Source: an uncultured Actinomycetota bacterium (GTDB lineage: Bacteria > Actinomycetota > Actinomycetes > Propionibacteriales > Nocardioidaceae). Taken from it: a stretch of DNA of 64,000 bases. Both the position numbers and the translations under genes were made by a program. Positions 10,518 to 23,604 of this stretch are shown one piece after another. Position 1 is the stretch's first letter, and the number at the start of each line of letters is the position of its first letter. Location: the NCBI GenBank assembly GCA_963703415.1, contig CAVPEH010000008.1:48675-112674 (forward strand), given 5' to 3'. The notes under the pieces were generated by a model. That model saw nothing but the letters and a program-made list of their open reading frames with translations, had not been told where the DNA came from and searched no databases.

Positions 10518-11762
10518 GTGTCGGTGCGCATCACGGACGAGCAACGCCGACACCGACTCGCCGTCCAGCACCGGGTCGGGCTGCCCTGTGCGGGGCGCCC
10601 GCGAGTGGAGGAGGTCGTCGAGAGCGTCCTCGTCCTCCACGCGACCGACCCGGCGACGGTCTACCTCTCGGTGCTCGCGCGCGCTCCCGGGCTCACCCGC
10701 GACGACGTCCGCACAGCGATGTACGAACGCCGCGACCTGGTGCGCGTCCTCGCCATGCGCCGCACGTTGTTCGTCGCCGGACGCGACGACGTGCCCGTGA
10801 TCCACGCGGGTGCGAGCCTCGGTGTTGCCCGCCGGCTGCGCACGCGTCTCCTCAAGGAGCTGGCCACGCTCCCGACCGATCCCGTCGTGCCCGATCCGCC
10901 GGCATGGCTGGCCGACGTCGAGCGCGACGTCGACGCGGTCCTCCGCTCGGCCGCCGCGACCGGCAGCACACTGACCGGGGCGCAGATCAGCGCCGCGGTG
11001 CCCGCGCTGCGCACCGCGCTGCTCCCGACGACCGACAAGGCGTGGGACGTCCGCCGTACGGTCACCTCGCAGACGCTCGCCCTGCTCTCGGCCGAGGGGC
11101 GCATCGTCCGTACGGAGCCGCGCGGCTCGTGGACCTCGCGCCACCACGCGTGGGCACCGATCGAGTCCTGGTTCCCCGACGGAATCCCGGAGGTTCCAGA
11201 GGCCGAGGCCCGGACGTGCCTCGCCCGCCGGTGGCTCGAGGTCTTCGGACCGGCGACACGCGACGACCTCCAGTGGTGGACCGGCTGGAACAAGTCTCAG
11301 ACCCGCGACGCGCTCGCGGGACTCGAGCTCCTCGAGGTCACGCTCGAGGCGGGGCCCGGCGTGATGCTCCCCGACACCGATCTGTCCGACACCGATCTGT
11401 CCGACACTGATCTGTCCGACACCGCCCGCCACGAGGGCGTCACTCCTGGCGCCGCTCTCCTACCCGCGCTCGATCCGACGCCGATGGGATGGAAACACCG
11501 CGACTGGTATCTCGGCGAGCATCGTGAGCGGCTGTTCGACCGGATGGGCAACATCGGACCCACAGTCTGGTGGGACGGGCGAGTCATCGGCGGGTGGACC
11601 GTACGGCCGGACGGCGCCGTGGTGCACCGGCTCCTCGAGGACGTCGGTGACGACGCGACGAGAGCGGTCTCTGCTGAGGCCGAACGCCTTCAAGGGCTGC
11701 TCGACGGGACCGGCATCACCCCGAGCTTCCCGACTCCCCTCGACAAGGAACTGCGGACGTGA
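10518..11762 (+). CDS. HTH_42 / AlkZ-like DNA glycosylase family protein (HxTD motif type)
   Basis: LHATDPATVYLS, AMRRTLF, FGPATRDDLQWWTGW, LLPALDPTPMGWK, PTVWWDGRVIGGW. Confidence 0.88.
   Translation: MSVRITDEQRRHRLAVQHRVGLPCAGRPRVEEVVESVLVLHATDPATVYLSVLARAPGLTRDDVRTAMYERRDLVRVLAMRRTLFVAGRDDVPVIHAGASLGVARRLRTRLLKELATLPTDPVVPDPPAWLADVERDVDAVLRSAAATGSTLTGAQISAAVPALRTALLPTTDKAWDVRRTVTSQTLALLSAEGRIVRTEPRGSWTSRHHAWAPIESWFPDGIPEVPEAEARTCLARRWLEVFGPATRDDLQWWTGWNKSQTRDALAGLELLEVTLEAGPGVMLPDTDLSDTDLSDTDLSDTARHEGVTPGAALLPALDPTPMGWKHRDWYLGEHRERLFDRMGNIGPTVWWDGRVIGGWTVRPDGAVVHRLLEDVGDDATRAVSAEAERLQGLLDGTGITPSFPTPLDKELRT
11371..11424 (+). repeat. In-frame 15-bp tandem repeat (about 3.5 copies, DTDLS)
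   Basis: CCGACACCGATCTGT at 11371 and 11386, one-mismatch copy at 11401, partial copy at 11416. Confidence 0.95.
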
Positions 11763-11763
11763 C

Positions 11764-13002
11764 TCAGACGGCGGCGACCCGGACCCTCTGCACGGCCTGC
11801 TCGGCCGCGGCGACGACCAGCAACGGATCGCTCATCATCGCGCCGAACGCGAGCTCGCCGGCTCCCACCAGGACGGAGTCGCGTCCCAGGCCAGGCAGGA
11901 GGACCTGGGTCCGGCGGTCGTCGGCGTCCAGGGTCCCGTGCTGGACCTCGGCGTCGACGTCGGCGCGGACCGCCGGGTAGAGCGCACTCAGCAGGCCTCC
12001 CAGGATGACGACCTGCGGGTCGAAGATGTTGATGAGGTTCGTGATGCCGACACCGAGCATCCGGCCCACCTCGCGCAGAGCGGGCGAGGGCGTGTCGACG
12101 GTCTCGAGAAGCGTGACGAGACGCGCGATGTCGTGCGACGAGCTCCCGAGGGCGTCGGCCACGGCCACGGCGCCGATCTCGGTCTCCCAGCACCCCCGGT
12201 TGCCGCAGCGGCAGGCTCGGCCGCCGACGGAGATCCGCATGTGCCCGACCTCCCCGGCGTAGCCGACGGTGCCCAGGAGGCTGCGCCCCCGGGTGATCAG
12301 TCCACCGCCGACGCCGACGTCCCCGCTGAGGTAGACGACGTCGGACATGCCGCGCGCGACACCGCGCGCATGCTCGGCGAGCACGCCGAGGTTGGCGTCG
12401 TTGCCGATCACGACCGGGACCTCGCCACCGAGGCGCTCCTGCACGAGCTCGCTGAACGCCACGTCGGACCAGGCGAGGTTCGGCGCGTAGTGGATGCGTC
12501 CGTCCTCGGTCGACACGATGCCTGGCATCCCGACGCCCATGCCGACCAGCAGAGTGTCGCTCGGGACGTCGTCGAGCAGGTCTGCTGCCGTACGGGCCAC
12601 CTGGTCGGCGACCTGCACGGGAGACGCCCCGACCTCGACGGGGACGGACCGGCGTCCGTGGACCGCGCCGCCGAGGCCGATGCGGGCCAGCTCGATGCTC
12701 TCGACCCGCAGCTCCACAGCGATCACGCACACCTCGCGCTCACCGGGCCGGACGTGCAGGGAAGGCCGTCCCGCTCCTTGGCGATCTCCGCTCGGGGTGG
12801 ACTGGGCGACCACCCCGAGGCGCTCGAGCTCGCCGACCAGGGCGGCGATCGTGGAGCGGTTGAGGCCCATGCGGTGGGTCAGGTCGGCACGGGAGACATC
12901 GCTGTCGCGATGGACGTGCCCGAGCAGGGTGCCGAGGTTGTGGCGGCGCACCGCCTCCTGGTTGGCGCCCTTGCCGGTGGGACGCTGCTGCTGCAGTGGC
13001 AC
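11764..13002 (-). CDS. ROK family transcriptional regulator
   Basis: N-terminal HTH SRADLT..GLNRSTI..GRPS; NDANLG, GEVGH, CRCGNRGCWE; GAGGGGGAG RBS before GTG at 13002. Confidence 0.95.
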   Translation of the reverse strand: MPLQQQRPTGKGANQEAVRRHNLGTLLGHVHRDSDVSRADLTHRMGLNRSTIAALVGELERLGVVAQSTPSGDRQGAGRPSLHVRPGEREVCVIAVELRVESIELARIGLGGAVHGRRSVPVEVGASPVQVADQVARTAADLLDDVPSDTLLVGMGVGMPGIVSTEDGRIHYAPNLAWSDVAFSELVQERLGGEVPVVIGNDANLGVLAEHARGVARGMSDVVYLSGDVGVGGGLITRGRSLLGTVGYAGEVGHMRISVGGRACRCGNRGCWETEIGAVAVADALGSSSHDIARLVTLLETVDTPSPALREVGRMLGVGITNLINIFDPQVVILGGLLSALYPAVRADVDAEVQHGTLDADDRRTQVLLPGLGRDSVLVGAGELAFGAMMSDPLLVVAAAEQAVQRVRVAAV

Positions 13003-13059
13003 CGCGTGCTCCCCCTCGCTCGTGGTGGTCGGGCGAGGCGAAACTAGCATGCCGGCACC

Positions 13060-13087
13060 CGATTTTGTCACTGCTGCAACAAAATCG
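13060..13087. promoter_or_regulatory. Palindromic operator, probable ROK autoregulatory site
   Basis: CGATTTTGT-N10-ACAAAATCG, AT-rich perfect 9-bp arms upstream of the ROK gene. Confidence 0.7.
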
Positions 13088-13108
13088 AGACCTCCCTCCG
13101 CAACGACG

Positions 13109-13165
13109 CCGGCGGCGAGCCTGGCCCCACCGGGAGGTCCCGGGAAGGGTCAGGCTCGCCGCCGG
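13109..13165 (-). terminator. Hairpin terminator downstream of acnA
   Basis: CCGGCGGCGAGCCTG...CAGGCTCGCCGCCGG inverted repeat. Confidence 0.75.
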
Positions 13166-13190
13166 ACGGTTGGAGCGGGGCGATCAGGGC

Positions 13191-16077
<2,887 letters not shown>

Positions 16078-16170
16078 GCCTCTCCTCTTCCGTCCTGCCG
16101 GAGCCCACGGTCGCCTTGACGGCTCCGATCAGCATCCGCCCTCTATCGTCGCGCGGTCGACTGCCGTCCG

Positions 16171-16189
16171 CGCGGTCAGGCTCGCCTTA
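16171..16189. promoter_or_regulatory. Possible IdeR/DtxR-type iron box in acnA leader
   Basis: CGCGGTCAGGCTCGCCTTA matches 12/19 positions of TTAGGTTAGGCTAACCTAA. Confidence 0.4.
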
Positions 16190-16210
16190 CTCAGCCGCTC
16201 CCGCGGCATG

Positions 16211-16228
16211 TATCTCGATGTCAAGATA
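16211..16228. promoter_or_regulatory. TamR/UrtR (MarR-family)-type operator at acnA promoter
   Basis: 18-bp near-palindrome TATCTCGATGTCAAGATA (14/18 symmetric). Confidence 0.75.
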
Positions 16229-16257
16229 AATGTACCAAATCTCGGCCGCAGGTCACA

Positions 16258-16412
16258 GCCCGCACCTTTGCGGTGGGGCCAACGCAGACGACCCGCCCCA
16301 CCGAGCACTCCCGATGGGCCCGCACCTTTGCGGTGGGGCCAACGCAAACGACCCACCCCACCGAGCACTCCCGATGGGCCCGCACCTTTGCGTTGGGGCC
16401 AACGGAAAGTGG
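16258..16412. repeat. 60-bp tandem repeat (about 2.5 copies) with REP-like palindromic core
   Basis: GCCCGCACCTTTGCGGTGGGGCCAACGCA.. recurs at 16258, 16318, 16378; linkers nearly identical. Confidence 0.93.
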
Positions 16413-16417
16413 AGAGG

Positions 16418-16876
16418 TCAGGCGTCGCGGACGAGGACGACGTACGTGCGGTCGTCCGCGGGCGACTCGAACTTGTCGACGGCGAGGAAGCCCAGGGTGT
16501 CGACGACCTTGAGCGCGCGGACGTTGAACTCCGCGACCGTCACGCGGAAGATCCGCGGCGCGAAGTTCTCGGCCCCGAAGGCCAGGCCGGTCGCGATCGC
16601 GGTCTGGCCGAGACCCTGGCCTGTCAGCTCCGGACGCAGGCCGCCGCCGATGTCGAGCGCGTCATCGACGTAGTCGTAGCCGAGAACGCGGGCCGTAGGC
16701 CCGTAGCAGCGGTAGCCGATCAGCCGTTCTCCGTCGACGAGCGCCCAGAACCCGTGCGTCAGGTCGGTGAAATGACGCGGATCCATCCCCGTGAGGTCGT
16801 AGCACCCGTCAGGCTCCGGATAGCTCCAGGTGACGATGTCCTCCGCGTGATCGGGCGTGAGCTCGACGATCTGCAT
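16418..16876 (-). CDS. GNAT family N-acetyltransferase
   Basis: GGGLRPELTGQGLG acetyl-CoA motif, FNVRALKV..LGF. Confidence 0.88.
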   Translation of the reverse strand: MQIVELTPDHAEDIVTWSYPEPDGCYDLTGMDPRHFTDLTHGFWALVDGERLIGYRCYGPTARVLGYDYVDDALDIGGGLRPELTGQGLGQTAIATGLAFGAENFAPRIFRVTVAEFNVRALKVVDTLGFLAVDKFESPADDRTYVVLVRDA

Positions 16877-16974
16877 GCGCACTCCCTCACCCCACCGACG
16901 GTGCCGTCATCCAAGCATGGCGAACGTCTCCACGGCAATGACCTGTCCACGCCGACGTACGGGCGAGGACCGCC

Positions 16975-19524
16975 TCACCGCAGTCCCCGGACGTACGAGA
17001 CGGCCGCTCGCGCGTCGCGCACCCGCGCCTCCCATGTGGCACCGGCCAGGAGGAGCACCAACCCGACGGTCCCGAGCGGGATCCACCACGGGAGGTCACC
17101 CACGAGCGGGCCTGCCCAGCGGAGCGCGAGAAGCGTCGTGAGTGCAGCGCCGACGTGGAAGGGCGCCTTCTGGCGGACGATCGCGCCGGCCGCGAGCGCC
17201 ACGACACCGGCGAGGGCCAGCAGCAGACCGCGCAGCGAGGTCGGGTCGACGAGCGCTCCGGGCAGGCTCGGGAGGAGCACGAGGCCCAGCCCGGGAAGCA
17301 GCGCCGACGAGCTGCGTCGTGGGTCGGTCACCATCCGGACCACGCCCGCCGCGAGCAGCAGGATGCCGAACGGCATCGTGTACGCCTCGACCACCCCGAT
17401 GTCGGAGGCCACGAGGCGGGTGACGTACGCCAGGCCCAGCACGGCAGACCCGCCCACCGCGTACGGACGACGGTCCCGGCGCAGGAGGCCCACCCCCACA
17501 GCTGCGGCACCGAGCACCGTGAGGCAGAGGCTCAGCCACCCGAGGCTCGTGTCGCTCGCCTCGACCAGGGAGACGCACGCCGTGAGGCCGGCGACGACCT
17601 CCCACGGCACGCGCAGCGCACGCGAGAGACCGGGCAGCGACGCCAGGGCGAGGAGCACGACGGCCACTGCCACCGCAGCGAGCGCACCGCCGCGGCTGCC
17701 CGCTCCCGCCACGTCGACCCAGGCGAGGATGCCGGCGACCGCGAGGGCGGCAGCCGCACCTCCGGCGAGTGCGCCGACGTCTCGGCGCCCGTCGGAGAGG
17801 ACCGCGACCGTCACCAGTGCCGCAAGGACGGCGGCCACGCACCACACGGCCGCGGCCGCGGGGGCAGAACCGAGCGGCAGGAGGACGGCGACGGCGGTGG
17901 CTACGGCTGCGGCGCAGGCCCCGGCGAGTGCAAGGTCACCGCGCCCGTGCCGGACGACGCCGAGCAGAGCACCGGCGCCCGCGACGAGGAGCATCACCAG
18001 CGCGACGACGAGGACCGGTGCCTCGAGCACGACGCCGACGACGGCGACCCCGAGGACGAGAAGGAGCGCGACGGCGAGCCAGGCCGCGGTACGGACGGCG
18101 GCTGTACGGACGACGGGCGGCCAGCACGCCACGACGGCGAGGACGGCGGCCGCTCCGAACCAGGCCGCGGCGACGAGCCAGACGGGGTCGCTCCAGTCCG
18201 TGGTGAAGCGGACAGAGACGTCATGCTCCCACCCGGGCAGCCACGACCGGGAGACGCCGAGCACCGCCGCGCCCGCCGTCGCGAGGATCGCGCCCACGAG
18301 CGGGAGCGCGGCGGGCACCAGCGCAACACGAACGCCGGTCGACCACCCGGGAGTGGTGAACCGCGCACCCACGCAGGCCGTCACGAGCGGGACGAGGCAC
18401 CACGTCAGCGTGGCGACCTCGATCGACACGCCCCGTACGAGCAGTGCGACCACGACGAGGGAGAAGGTGGCGACGACGCCGCCGACGGCCTTGGCCAGCA
18501 GCGCCAGACCTGTGTGACCTCGCGCCGTGAGTGCCCGGGCGACGAGCACCGCGAGTCCCAGGGTGACCGCTCCGAGGAGCAGGAGCGCAGGGGCGTCACC
18601 CTGGCGCCACCGGTCGTCGGCCTCGTCGAGCGCGACACCGGTCGCGAGGATGCCGGTGGTGAGGACGAGTGCGCCGAGGGAGCAGAGCCCGACCGGCCAC
18701 GCCGCGACGGGCAGACGCAGGCGTACGAGGCCGAGCGTCGCGAGCACGAGGCCGGCGACGGCGACCGTGGACGTCCACCGCAGGTCGACCGGGAGCACCG
18801 CCAGCGCAGCGATCACGCCCGTGACGAGCCCGATCACGAGGCCGATCTCGGCAGCGACGAGGCGGACGATCCAGCGACGCACCGCGAGCGCGACCACGAG
18901 GCTGCCGAGCGCCAGCAGGCTGGAGAACAGCAGGACGACCACGTCGGTGCCGAGGGCGTCCAGGCCGAGGACACCCGCGCTCCTCCCCGCGCCGACGTCG
19001 ACCGCGGCGAGGAGACCGAACGCCGTCCAGAGCGCCTCGGCGGACGCCCGCAGGCGCCGTGTGGTCACCCACGCGGCGGCACCGCCCACGGCCACCGTCA
19101 GCGCGACGAGGCAGAGCGTGCGGCCGGTGAGACCGAGACTCCCCCATCCGACCGCCACGAAGACGAGGCCGGCCACCACCAGGCACAGGGCGCCGAGCGC
19201 GAGGAGGGTGCCACCCACAGACCAGCGCGGCCGCGGAGCAGCCGGCACCCCAACCGGTGGAGCGGCGTAGGACGTCGGCCCTCCGGTGTACGCGGGGACC
19301 GGCGGAGTCGGCGGCCACGGCGCACGTTGCGCCGCTGCCGACCGCGCCGACCAGGCCGCTGCCTCAGCGCGCATCTCGGCGAGCAACCGGTCGGCGTCCG
19401 CAAGCAGTCCGAGCAGGCGCAGCGGCCGCTCGCCACGCAGCAGGAGCCCGCACCGCGGACAGCGTTCTGCGCCCGTCGCGGGAGCGCCACAGCTCGGACA
19501 GTGCAGGGGGTCGGCGTACGTCAC
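16975..19524 (-). CDS. Large polytopic membrane protein (SCO7613-like C-terminus) with N-terminal zinc ribbon
   Basis: CPSCG..CPRCG, LLALGALCLVVAGLVFVAVGW, VEAYTMP, GATWEAR; many TM segments. Confidence 0.8.
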   Translation of the reverse strand: MTYADPLHCPSCGAPATGAERCPRCGLLLRGERPLRLLGLLADADRLLAEMRAEAAAWSARSAAAQRAPWPPTPPVPAYTGGPTSYAAPPVGVPAAPRPRWSVGGTLLALGALCLVVAGLVFVAVGWGSLGLTGRTLCLVALTVAVGGAAAWVTTRRLRASAEALWTAFGLLAAVDVGAGRSAGVLGLDALGTDVVVLLFSSLLALGSLVVALAVRRWIVRLVAAEIGLVIGLVTGVIAALAVLPVDLRWTSTVAVAGLVLATLGLVRLRLPVAAWPVGLCSLGALVLTTGILATGVALDEADDRWRQGDAPALLLLGAVTLGLAVLVARALTARGHTGLALLAKAVGGVVATFSLVVVALLVRGVSIEVATLTWCLVPLVTACVGARFTTPGWSTGVRVALVPAALPLVGAILATAGAAVLGVSRSWLPGWEHDVSVRFTTDWSDPVWLVAAAWFGAAAVLAVVACWPPVVRTAAVRTAAWLAVALLLVLGVAVVGVVLEAPVLVVALVMLLVAGAGALLGVVRHGRGDLALAGACAAAVATAVAVLLPLGSAPAAAAVWCVAAVLAALVTVAVLSDGRRDVGALAGGAAAALAVAGILAWVDVAGAGSRGGALAAVAVAVVLLALASLPGLSRALRVPWEVVAGLTACVSLVEASDTSLGWLSLCLTVLGAAAVGVGLLRRDRRPYAVGGSAVLGLAYVTRLVASDIGVVEAYTMPFGILLLAAGVVRMVTDPRRSSSALLPGLGLVLLPSLPGALVDPTSLRGLLLALAGVVALAAGAIVRQKAPFHVGAALTTLLALRWAGPLVGDLPWWIPLGTVGLVLLLAGATWEARVRDARAAVSYVRGLR

Positions 19525-19560
19525 GGCTGAAGTGTCTCGCGAGCGAGACTCAGCGCGTCG

Positions 19561-20825
19561 TCAGGGAGCGAGCTCCAGCACCGCGACGCACTCGACGTGG
19601 TGCGTCATCGGGAACAGCGCGAACGCCGCGCAGGCCGACCAGCGCGTAGCCGCGCGCCGCGAACGTACGCGAGGTCGCGGGCCAGGGCCGCCGGGTCGCA
19701 GGCGACGTAGACGATGCGGCGCGGCGCGCAGCGCGGCGATGCCCGCGACGGCCTTCTTGGCGCCCGTGCGCGGCGGGTCGAGCACGACGACGTCGGCCGC
19801 GCTCGCCGAGCGTGCCCGAGCGCAGCGCCCGCTCGACCGTCTCGCGTGGACGAGCGTCGCCTGCGGCAGGTCGTGCAGGTTGCGGCGGGCGTCGCGCGAG
19901 CCGCCGGGATCGCCCTCGACGCTGAGCACCGGCTCCTTCCGGCCGCACGGCTCGTCGGCGAGGAACGCCGTGAACAGCCCCACGCCCGGCGTAGAGGTCG
20001 AGCACGCGTGTCGCCGCCTGGGCGACGGCTGCGCCCGCGAGGACGGCGTCGACCAGGGTCGTGGCCGCGTCGGGGTGCACCTGCCAGAAGCCCGAGCCCG
20101 GAGACCCGGAAGTCGGCGCGCCGCACCCGCTCGACGACCGCGCCGCGTGCCGCCGCGGACCGTGCCGTCGCGTCGCGACGACACCGTCGACCTCGGCCTC
20201 GACCTCGTCGCTGATGCGTCGCGTCGGTCACGAGCAGCCGGTCGCCCGTCGGACGACACGATCGCCTCGACCCGCGTCGTCGTCCCACGGCCGGCCGAGG
20301 ACGTCCGGCAGGTCGGGGTGCGCGATCAGGCAGTCGCTCGACCGGGATGATCGTCGTGCGAGCGGTGCCGGCGCAGGCCCGGGCGTGCCGTGCTCGGTCG
20401 ACGGCGAACTGCACGCGGGTGCGCCAGCCGAGGGCGTCGGGCGCCGACCGCCTCGACCGTCGACCGTCCCAGCGTCGAGCCCGGCCAGCCGCGCAGCTGC
20501 TCGCTGACGACGTCGCCCGAGCAGCTCACGCTGCACCGCGGGCGTCGACGTGCTGGAAGTCGCAGCCGCCGCACCGTCCGGGGCGCGCGACGGGCACGGC
20601 GGCTCGACCCGACCCGGCGCGGCCTCGAGCACCTCGACCGCGTCGGCCCGCAGGAAGCTCGCTTGGTGCGCTCGGTGATCTCGATGCGCACGCGCTCGCC
20701 CGGCAGCGCGTGCCGCACGAAGACGACCTGGCCGTCCAGCGCGCGCGACGCAGTGGCCGCCGTGCGCGACGGGCCCGACCTCGACGACCGGCCGGTGCTG
20801 TCGCGGGCTCGCGTCGGTCGCATCA
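19561..20825 (-). CDS. TRAM-domain 23S rRNA (uracil-5)-methyltransferase family (many indels)
   Basis: VAHGGHCVAR, VFVRHALPGE, LDLYAG, VLDPPRTGA, YVACDPAALARD, FPMTHHVE across frames. Confidence 0.9.
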
Positions 20826-22858
20826 CCGGTCCCGGAAGCCGCGGCGGACGTCACCGGGCGCGGGACGCGAGTCGCTTGGCCAGCTTCTGCTTGGCGCGGC
20901 CCGCCGAGCTCAGCTGGTACGGGACGCTCGTGACCATGACGCCGGGCATGAACAGCAGGCGGCCCTTGAGCCGCAGCGCGGTCTGGTTGTGCAGCAGCTG
21001 CTCCCACCAGCGACCCGACGACGTACTCGGGGATGTAGACCGTGATGATGTCGCGCGGGCTCTGCCTTGCGCAGCTCCTTGACGTACCGGATGACCGGAC
21101 GCACGCAGCTCGCGGTACGGCGAGTTGACGACCTTCAGCGGGATCGGGATCGCGAGCTCGTCCCACTGCTTCATGAGCGCGGCGGTCTCGGCGGGGTCGA
21201 GCTCGACCGTCAGCGCCTCGAGCGAGTTGGGGCGCGACACCCGCGCGTAGGCGAGGGCCCGCATCGTCGGCTTGTGCAGCTTGCTGACCAGGACGATCGC
21301 GTGGACGCGCGACGGCAGCGTCACGTCGGTGTCGTCGATCGCCAGCTCGTCGGAGACCCGGTCGTAGTGGCGCCCGATGCCGCGCATCAGCAGGAACACG
21401 CGATCATCGCCGACGATCGCGATCCACGCGCCGGCGAGGAACTTGGTGAGCAGCACGATGACCAGCACCGTGGCGGTCATCGCCAGGCCGATCGTGTTGA
21501 CGGCGCGCGAGCGCTTCATCCGGCGCCGCTCGGCCGGGTCGGTCTCGGCGCGCAGGTGCCGGTTCCAGTGCTTGATCATGCCGAGCTGGCTGAGGTTGAA
21601 CGAGACGAACACGCCGACGATGTACAGCTGGATGAGCTTGGTGACCTCGGCGTCGAAGGCCAGGATCAGCACGATCGCCGCCAGCGCCGAGCAGCGATGA
21701 TGCCGTTGCTGAACGTCAGCCGGTCGCCGCGGGTGTCGAGCTGGCGCGGCAGGAACCCGTCGCGCGCCAGGATCGAGCCCAGCACCGGGAAGCCGTTGAA
21801 CGCGGTGTTGGCCGCGAGCACGAGGATGATGCCGGTGCACGCGATCGTGAAGTAGAACAGCGGCGTGAAGTCGCTGTAGAGCGTCTTGGCGAGCTGGCCG
21901 ATCACGGTGTCCTGCTCGTACGCGTCGCCGACGGGCACGCCGTCGCGCGAGCAGCTGGTCGGCGGGGTCCTCGACGTAGCGCAGCTTCATCAGGTCGGCC
22001 AGCACGATGATGCTCATCAGCATCGTGATCGCAGATCGTGCCGAGCAGCAGCAGCGTCGTGGCGGCGTTCTTGCTCTTGGGCTTCTTGAACGCCGGCACG
22101 CCGTTGCTGATCGCCTCGACGCCGGTCAGCGCCGCGCAGCCGGACGAGAACGCGCGCGCCAGCAGGAACACCATCGCGACGCCGGTGACGCGCCTGCTCG
22201 AACTGGCTCCTCGGCGACGATGTCGTACTGCGCGCTCGCGCACCTGCCGGCAGGTCGCCGAACGGCGTAGCGGACGTAGCCCCAGCACGCGCCATCAGCG
22301 ACGATCGCGATCATGAACAGGTAGGTCGGGATGGCGAACGCCGCGCCCGACTCCTTGGTGCCGCGCAGGTTGATCGCCATCAGCAGCGATCACCAGCACC
22401 GACGCCGCGGTCGCCTCGTGCCCGTTGAGCCACGGCAGCGCCGACGGCGGCGTTCTGCACGCCCGACGAGATCGACACCGCGACGGTCAGCACGTAGTCG
22501 ACCAGCAGCGCGCTGCCGACCGTCAGGCCGGCGCGTCGGGCCCGAGGTTGACCGTCGCGACCTCGTAGTCGCCGCCGCCGCTGGGGTAGGCGTGCACGTT
22601 CTGCCGGTACGACGCCACGACCGTGAGCATCACCAGCGTCGACCGCGAGGCCGATCTTCCAGTTGAACGCGTACGCCGACAGCCCGCCGATCGACAGGGT
22701 CAGGAAGATCTCGTCGGGCGCGTAGGCCACCGACGACAGCGCGTCGCTGGCGAAGACCGGCAGCGCGATGCGCTTCGGAAGCAAGCGTCTCGCCGAGCTG
22801 TGCGCTGCGGAGCTTCCGCCCGACGAGATGCACGCTTGGCGACCTCGGTGACTCCCAC
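20820..22858 (-). CDS. APC family permease (YdaO/KimA-like K+ transporter; many indels)
   Basis: PVFASDALSSVAYA, AFSSGCAALTGVEAISNGVPAF, AANTAFNGFP, LYIVGVFVSF, LLHNQTAL. Confidence 0.9.
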
Positions 22859-22924
22859 GAGAGCGATGCTAGACCTGCCCGGTCCACTCCGCGCTCGCCC
22901 CGCCGCCGGTGTAGCGTCGCCTGC

Positions 22925-23604
22925 GTGCACATCGTGATCATGGGGTGCGGACGCGTCGGATCGACCCTGGCGCGCAAGCCTCGAAGGCCCGCGGCCACTC
23001 CGACCGCCGTCATCGACACCAACCCCGACGCCTTCCGCCGTCTCGGTCCCGTCGTTCGCCGGCATCACCGTCACCGGCATGGGCTTCGACCGCGACGTCC
23101 TGCGTCAAGGCCGGCATCGAGCACGCCGACGCGTTCGCGGCGGTGTCCAGCGGCGACAACTCCAACATCATCTCCGCGCGCGTGGCCCGCGAGCAGTTCA
23201 AGGTCGACAACGTCGTCGCCCGCATCTACGACCCGGGCCGCGCCGAGGTCTACGAGCGGCTCGGCGTCCCCACGGTCGCGACCGTCCCGTGGGCCGCCGA
23301 CCAGGTGCTGCGCCGCCTCGTGCCGGCCGGGTCCGAGCCCGCCTGGCGCGACCAGTCCGGCGAGGTCCGCGCTCGACCACGTGCTACGCGCCGTTCAGCT
23401 GGGTCGGGCGCCGCGTCGCCGCGCTCGAGGCGCGACGCCGGACGTCCGCGTCGCCTACCTCACGCGTCTGCGGCACGGGGCGGCTGATCGCCGGACACCG
23501 ACACCGTCATCCAGGAGGGCGACTACCTCGAGCCTCTTCTGCTGGAGTAGCGACTGCCGAGACGGTCGCACGCGGCGCTCGCCGAAGGCCCGGAGGACGA
23601 CTGA
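22925..23604 (+). CDS. trkA: TrkA-family K+ uptake RCK protein (CeoB-like; indels)
   Basis: VIMGCGRVG, AVSSGDNSNIISARVARE, ARIYDPGRAEVYERLG. Confidence 0.9.

Noticed and set aside
16258-16412. CRISPR array
   Set aside because: Would-be spacers are nearly identical, there are only about 2.5 units, and no cas genes are in the window.
22858-22925. c-di-AMP (ydaO) riboswitch upstream of the KimA-like permease
   Set aside because: The intergenic gap is only about 66 bp, too short, and no recognisable motif is present.
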